Of a DNA stretch of 64,000 bases, positions 61,044 to 64,000 are shown piece after piece. The stretch comes from Candidatus Latescibacterota bacterium (lineage in GTDB: Bacteria; Krumholzibacteriota; Krumholzibacteriia; WVZY01; JAKEHA01). Under the pieces are notes generated by a model. The model did no database searches, had not been told where the DNA came from, and worked only from the letters and a program-made list of their open reading frames with translations. The stretch's first letter is position 1, and every line of letters begins with the position of its first letter. Both the position numbers and the translations under genes were made by a program. The stretch lies in the NCBI GenBank assembly GCA_963707635.1, contig OY970173.1, positions 3,040,001 through 3,104,000 of the forward strand, read 5' to 3'.

Positions 61044-61793
61044 ATGGGTCGTGTTCTCCTGTTGCTGTTGGTGGTAGCCGTGCTGGCGCTGGCGCCCGCG
61101 GCAGTGAACGCCCAGATACCGGACAAGTTCAAGAACCTGGAAGTGCTGCCGAAGGAGATCGCGAAGCCGGAGCTCGTCCAGATCATGCGCGGGTTTTCGA
61201 GCTCGCTGGGTGTTCGTTGCATCCACTGCCACGTCGGCACCGACCCACACGACCTGAGGGCGATGGATTTCGCGGCCGACGACAAGGACACCAAGAAGAT
61301 CGCGCGCAAGATGATGGCGCTGACTTCGGAGATCAACACCTCGCTCACGCAGGCAATCGGAACGATGCGGCCGGAGCGGCTGCAGGTGGGGTGCTTCACC
61401 TGCCACCACGGCAACAACCGGCCCGAGACGCTCCAGCACTCGCTGACCGCCGTGCTCGACCGCGACGGGCTGGACTCGACGCTGGTCACATACAAACGGC
61501 TGCGCAACGAATACTACGGGCAGGCGGCCTACGACTTCAGCGAGTGGTCTCTGATCACGCTCGCGGAGGAACTGGGCAAGAAGCCGGCCCAGCAGCCGGC
61601 GGCGCTGGCCATGCTCAACCTGAATCTCGAGTACTACCCCGAGTCCGCGGGCACGTACGCGCGCATCGCGGAAACGTATCTCGCGGCCGGCGACACCACC
61701 ACCGCGATGAAGTCCTTTGACCAGGCGCTCAAGCTGGCGCCCAACGACCCGTGGCTCAAGCGCCGGGTAGACAGCGTCAAGACCAAGAAGTAG
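61044..61793 (+). CDS. Diheme c-type cytochrome (reaction-centre cytochrome c-like domain) with C-terminal TPR
   Basis: Signal peptide, KNLEVLP, LGVRCIHCH, ARKM and CFTCH; AAGGAG RBS. Confidence 0.85.
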   Translation: MGRVLLLLLVVAVLALAPAAVNAQIPDKFKNLEVLPKEIAKPELVQIMRGFSSSLGVRCIHCHVGTDPHDLRAMDFAADDKDTKKIARKMMALTSEINTSLTQAIGTMRPERLQVGCFTCHHGNNRPETLQHSLTAVLDRDGLDSTLVTYKRLRNEYYGQAAYDFSEWSLITLAEELGKKPAQQPAALAMLNLNLEYYPESAGTYARIAETYLAAGDTTTAMKSFDQALKLAPNDPWLKRRVDSVKTKK

Positions 61794-61845
61794 GCGCGAC
61801 TAGCTCTCTTTTCCACAGCAAAACGGGCCGCGGCGGCGAACATCC

Positions 61846-61900
61846 TTGACACCCTGCGGCCCATTGTCTTTAAATTCAATACGTTCAGACTTTTCTGTAA
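61846..61900 (+). promoter_or_regulatory. Putative promoter and GbsR-type operator
   Basis: TTGACA at 61846, AT-rich -10 region near 61870, imperfect inverted repeat TTCAG-ACTTTT-CTGTA. Confidence 0.5.
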
Positions 61901-61923
61901 TCAACAAATCCGCAAGAAGATAC

Positions 61924-62436
61924 ATGACCACATCGCGACTGACCGCCCAGGACATCTTCATCGAAGGCTGGGGTCGTCTCGGGCCGTCGTGGGGCATCAG
62001 CAAGATGATGGCGGAGATCTACGCGGCGCTCTACGTGAGCCCGTCTCCCCTCACCCACGAAGACATGTCGGAGAAGCTCGCGACCAGCCGCAGCAACATC
62101 AGCACCAACGTCCGCATGCTGGTCGACCTCGGGGTCGTCCACAAGGTGATCGTGCGGGGCGAGCGCAAGGATTACTACTCCGCCGAGGACGACATCACCA
62201 AGGTGGCCAAGCTGCTCGCGCTGGCGAAGAAGCGCAAAGAGCTGGACCCGGCCATGGAAATCATCGACAAGGCCATCAGCGCCGCCGACGAATCCGAGTC
62301 GGCCACCATCCACAAGCTTGAGGAGCTCAAGCGGCACATGGACTTCGTGAACGCGATCTTTCATGCGTTCGTGGGCGGCGAGGCGGATCCCAAGACGCTC
62401 GCCAACGTGATCCGAGTCAAGGAAAGGCTTTCCTAG
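61924..62436 (+). CDS. GbsR/MarR family regulator
   Basis: FIEGWG.LG..WG, IYAALY, SRSNIS and GERKDYY.AE. Confidence 0.88.
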   Translation: MTTSRLTAQDIFIEGWGRLGPSWGISKMMAEIYAALYVSPSPLTHEDMSEKLATSRSNISTNVRMLVDLGVVHKVIVRGERKDYYSAEDDITKVAKLLALAKKRKELDPAMEIIDKAISAADESESATIHKLEELKRHMDFVNAIFHAFVGGEADPKTLANVIRVKERLS

Positions 62437-62441
62437 AGCGT

Positions 62442-63464
62442 ATGATCCAGGCACTCAAGAAATACGACGCGTTGCGCGACGTGGTGGAACGCTGCAACAC
62501 GATGGTCGTCGACCGGATTCGCGAGAACGCCATCCACGAGGCGGACATCGCGCTCGAGAGCTTCAACAACGGCGGCAAGCGCCTGCGGCCGATCCTGCTG
62601 GTCCTGTCGGCCAAGGCGCACGACGGCGGCCGCCTCGACGAAGTGAGCGACTCCCTCATCAAGCTCGCGGGCGCGATCGAGATGGTCCACCTCGCTACCC
62701 TCTTCCACGACGACGTCATCGACGAAGTGGACACGCGCCGGTCGAAACTCTCCGCCCGTCTCAAGTACGGCAACTACGCCTCCGTGCTGACCGGCGACTT
62801 CGCGCTGGCCGAGGCGCTCGACCTCGTGCACCGCAGCGGCGTCACCTCCGCCATGCCGGAGTTCATCCGCACCCTGCGCGTGCTGGTGCGCGGCGAGAGT
62901 CTCGAGACCACGCACAAGTTCGACTTCAGCCTCAAGGAGGCCCAGTACTACGAAATCATCTCCGAGAAGAGCGCGTCGCTCTTCGCCCTCTCCTGCAAGG
63001 CGGGCGCGCTCGCGCGGGAATCCGACCTCGCCGACACCCTCGGGCACTTCGGCTGGAACCTGGGCATGGCGTTCCAGATGATCGACGACCTCGACGACAT
63101 GCTCGACAACCCGCAGCGCTCCTACGACTGCGACCTGCGCAACGGCTACGTGTCGCTGCCCGTGATCCGGGTGCTGGATGCGCTCAAGGACGGCCACCGC
63201 GACCGCTTCATCCGCGTGATCGAGAACGCCGAGTTCACCCCCGAGAACGAGCGTTTCATCGTGGACCTGTGCCTGGAGTACGGCGGGTTCACGCAAACCC
63301 ACCAGGCGATCGTCCGCCACCTCGAGCGGGCGGCGGAGACGACCACGCGCTTTTCGGCTTCGTCCGCGCGCGACCTGCTCTCCGGCGTGTGCCGGGACCT
63401 CCACGCGTACGCGGACCGGCAGATCGAGAACTTCGCCAGTTTTTCCCGCGCCACCACCGGCTGA
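62442..63464 (+). CDS. Polyprenyl diphosphate synthase family protein
   Basis: GGKRLRP, HDDVID..RR, LTGD, EKSA and AFQMIDD. Confidence 0.9.
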   Translation: MIQALKKYDALRDVVERCNTMVVDRIRENAIHEADIALESFNNGGKRLRPILLVLSAKAHDGGRLDEVSDSLIKLAGAIEMVHLATLFHDDVIDEVDTRRSKLSARLKYGNYASVLTGDFALAEALDLVHRSGVTSAMPEFIRTLRVLVRGESLETTHKFDFSLKEAQYYEIISEKSASLFALSCKAGALARESDLADTLGHFGWNLGMAFQMIDDLDDMLDNPQRSYDCDLRNGYVSLPVIRVLDALKDGHRDRFIRVIENAEFTPENERFIVDLCLEYGGFTQTHQAIVRHLERAAETTTRFSASSARDLLSGVCRDLHAYADRQIENFASFSRATTG

Positions 63465-63547
63465 CCCGGGGCGCTGGCGGGCACGTTTCCTGCAATTTTG
63501 CCATTTGGGCCTTGCCCGATCACCGGAGAGCCCATAGCGTATCCACC

Positions 63548-63943
63548 ATGTCGACGAGTCGCCGCCTGCTTTCCCGTGTCGCTGTCGCCGTGCTGATGGC
63601 GGCGTCCATGCTGCCGTCCGGCTGGGTGTTCTGCGTGCAGGCCAGCGGCACCGTCGAGGTCGAGTACACGTCCGGCCGCTGTTGCACCGTCACCCAGGCG
63701 GTGGCCGGAGAAGCGGTGGCCGCGTCGTCCGTCGACGCGTGCGAAGGCTGCCAGGACATCGCCCTCGAGTGCTCCGCGCACCGCAAGGAGGGCTTCGAAC
63801 CGGCCGCCGCCACGGCACCGGCGGTGTGCGCGTCGCCGTTCGTTTGCCCCGCCAGCCGGGTTGAATTGTCCCCGTCCGCCTCCCCGACGATACTCGTCTG
63901 TCCGACGCTCTACCGTCTCTCCTCCGTCGTCATTCGCTGCTGA
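63548..63943 (+). CDS. Cys-rich exported hypothetical protein
   Basis: Signal-like N-terminus, CC, CEGC.D and C-terminal LSSVVIRC; TTGCCC-N17-TAGCGT just upstream. Confidence 0.6.
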   Translation: MSTSRRLLSRVAVAVLMAASMLPSGWVFCVQASGTVEVEYTSGRCCTVTQAVAGEAVAASSVDACEGCQDIALECSAHRKEGFEPAAATAPAVCASPFVCPASRVELSPSASPTILVCPTLYRLSSVVIRC

Positions 63944-64000
63944 CCCTCTCGGCGGCCGCCCGGCCGCTCACTCGTGACCCGCGCATTCGCGCGGGGCGTT

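Noticed and set aside
61044..61793. Evidence for phototrophy from the reaction-centre-like cytochrome
   Set aside because: Only two hemes plus a TPR; no puf/bch genes; this domain is common in non-phototrophs.

Overview
GC-rich (estimated about 65-70% by eye) bacterial chromosomal window of a diderm organism. The FlgD-Ig C-terminal domain, the TWGxIKALYR tail and the LVIVD proteins suggest the Krumholzibacteriota/Eisenbacteria/Latescibacterota group (inference). It carries thiamine genes (thiO-S-G, two thiE-like genes, thiD), a CADD-type pABA synthase, an interrupted fadN-fadA-fadE beta-oxidation operon, an ArsR-linked MMPL/LolA-like/beta-barrel module, a Ser/Thr kinase, a 1568-aa tandem-repeat surface protein and many single accessory genes. 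No rRNA, tRNA, CRISPR, integrase or transposase was seen. The best candidate for a little-described system is a five-gene operon at 10387-17564 (minus strand) behind a perfect sigma54 promoter. It encodes a heme-b-type inner-membrane protein, a membrane-anchored 2x[4Fe-4S]/FAD NAD(P)H oxidoreductase, 20-heme and 16-heme cytochromes c and an outer-membrane beta-barrel, which together look like a wire from cytoplasmic NAD(P)H to the cell surface. Other notable items are an LVIVD gene fused to a duplicated thiolase 5' end, a toxin-antitoxin locus whose toxin is reduced to 13 aa, two families of folded intergenic repeats, a small membrane gene missed by the ORF track, two nearby +1 frameshifts and recurrent leaderless-type promoters. 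All calls come from reading the sequence and recognising motifs; no searches were run.
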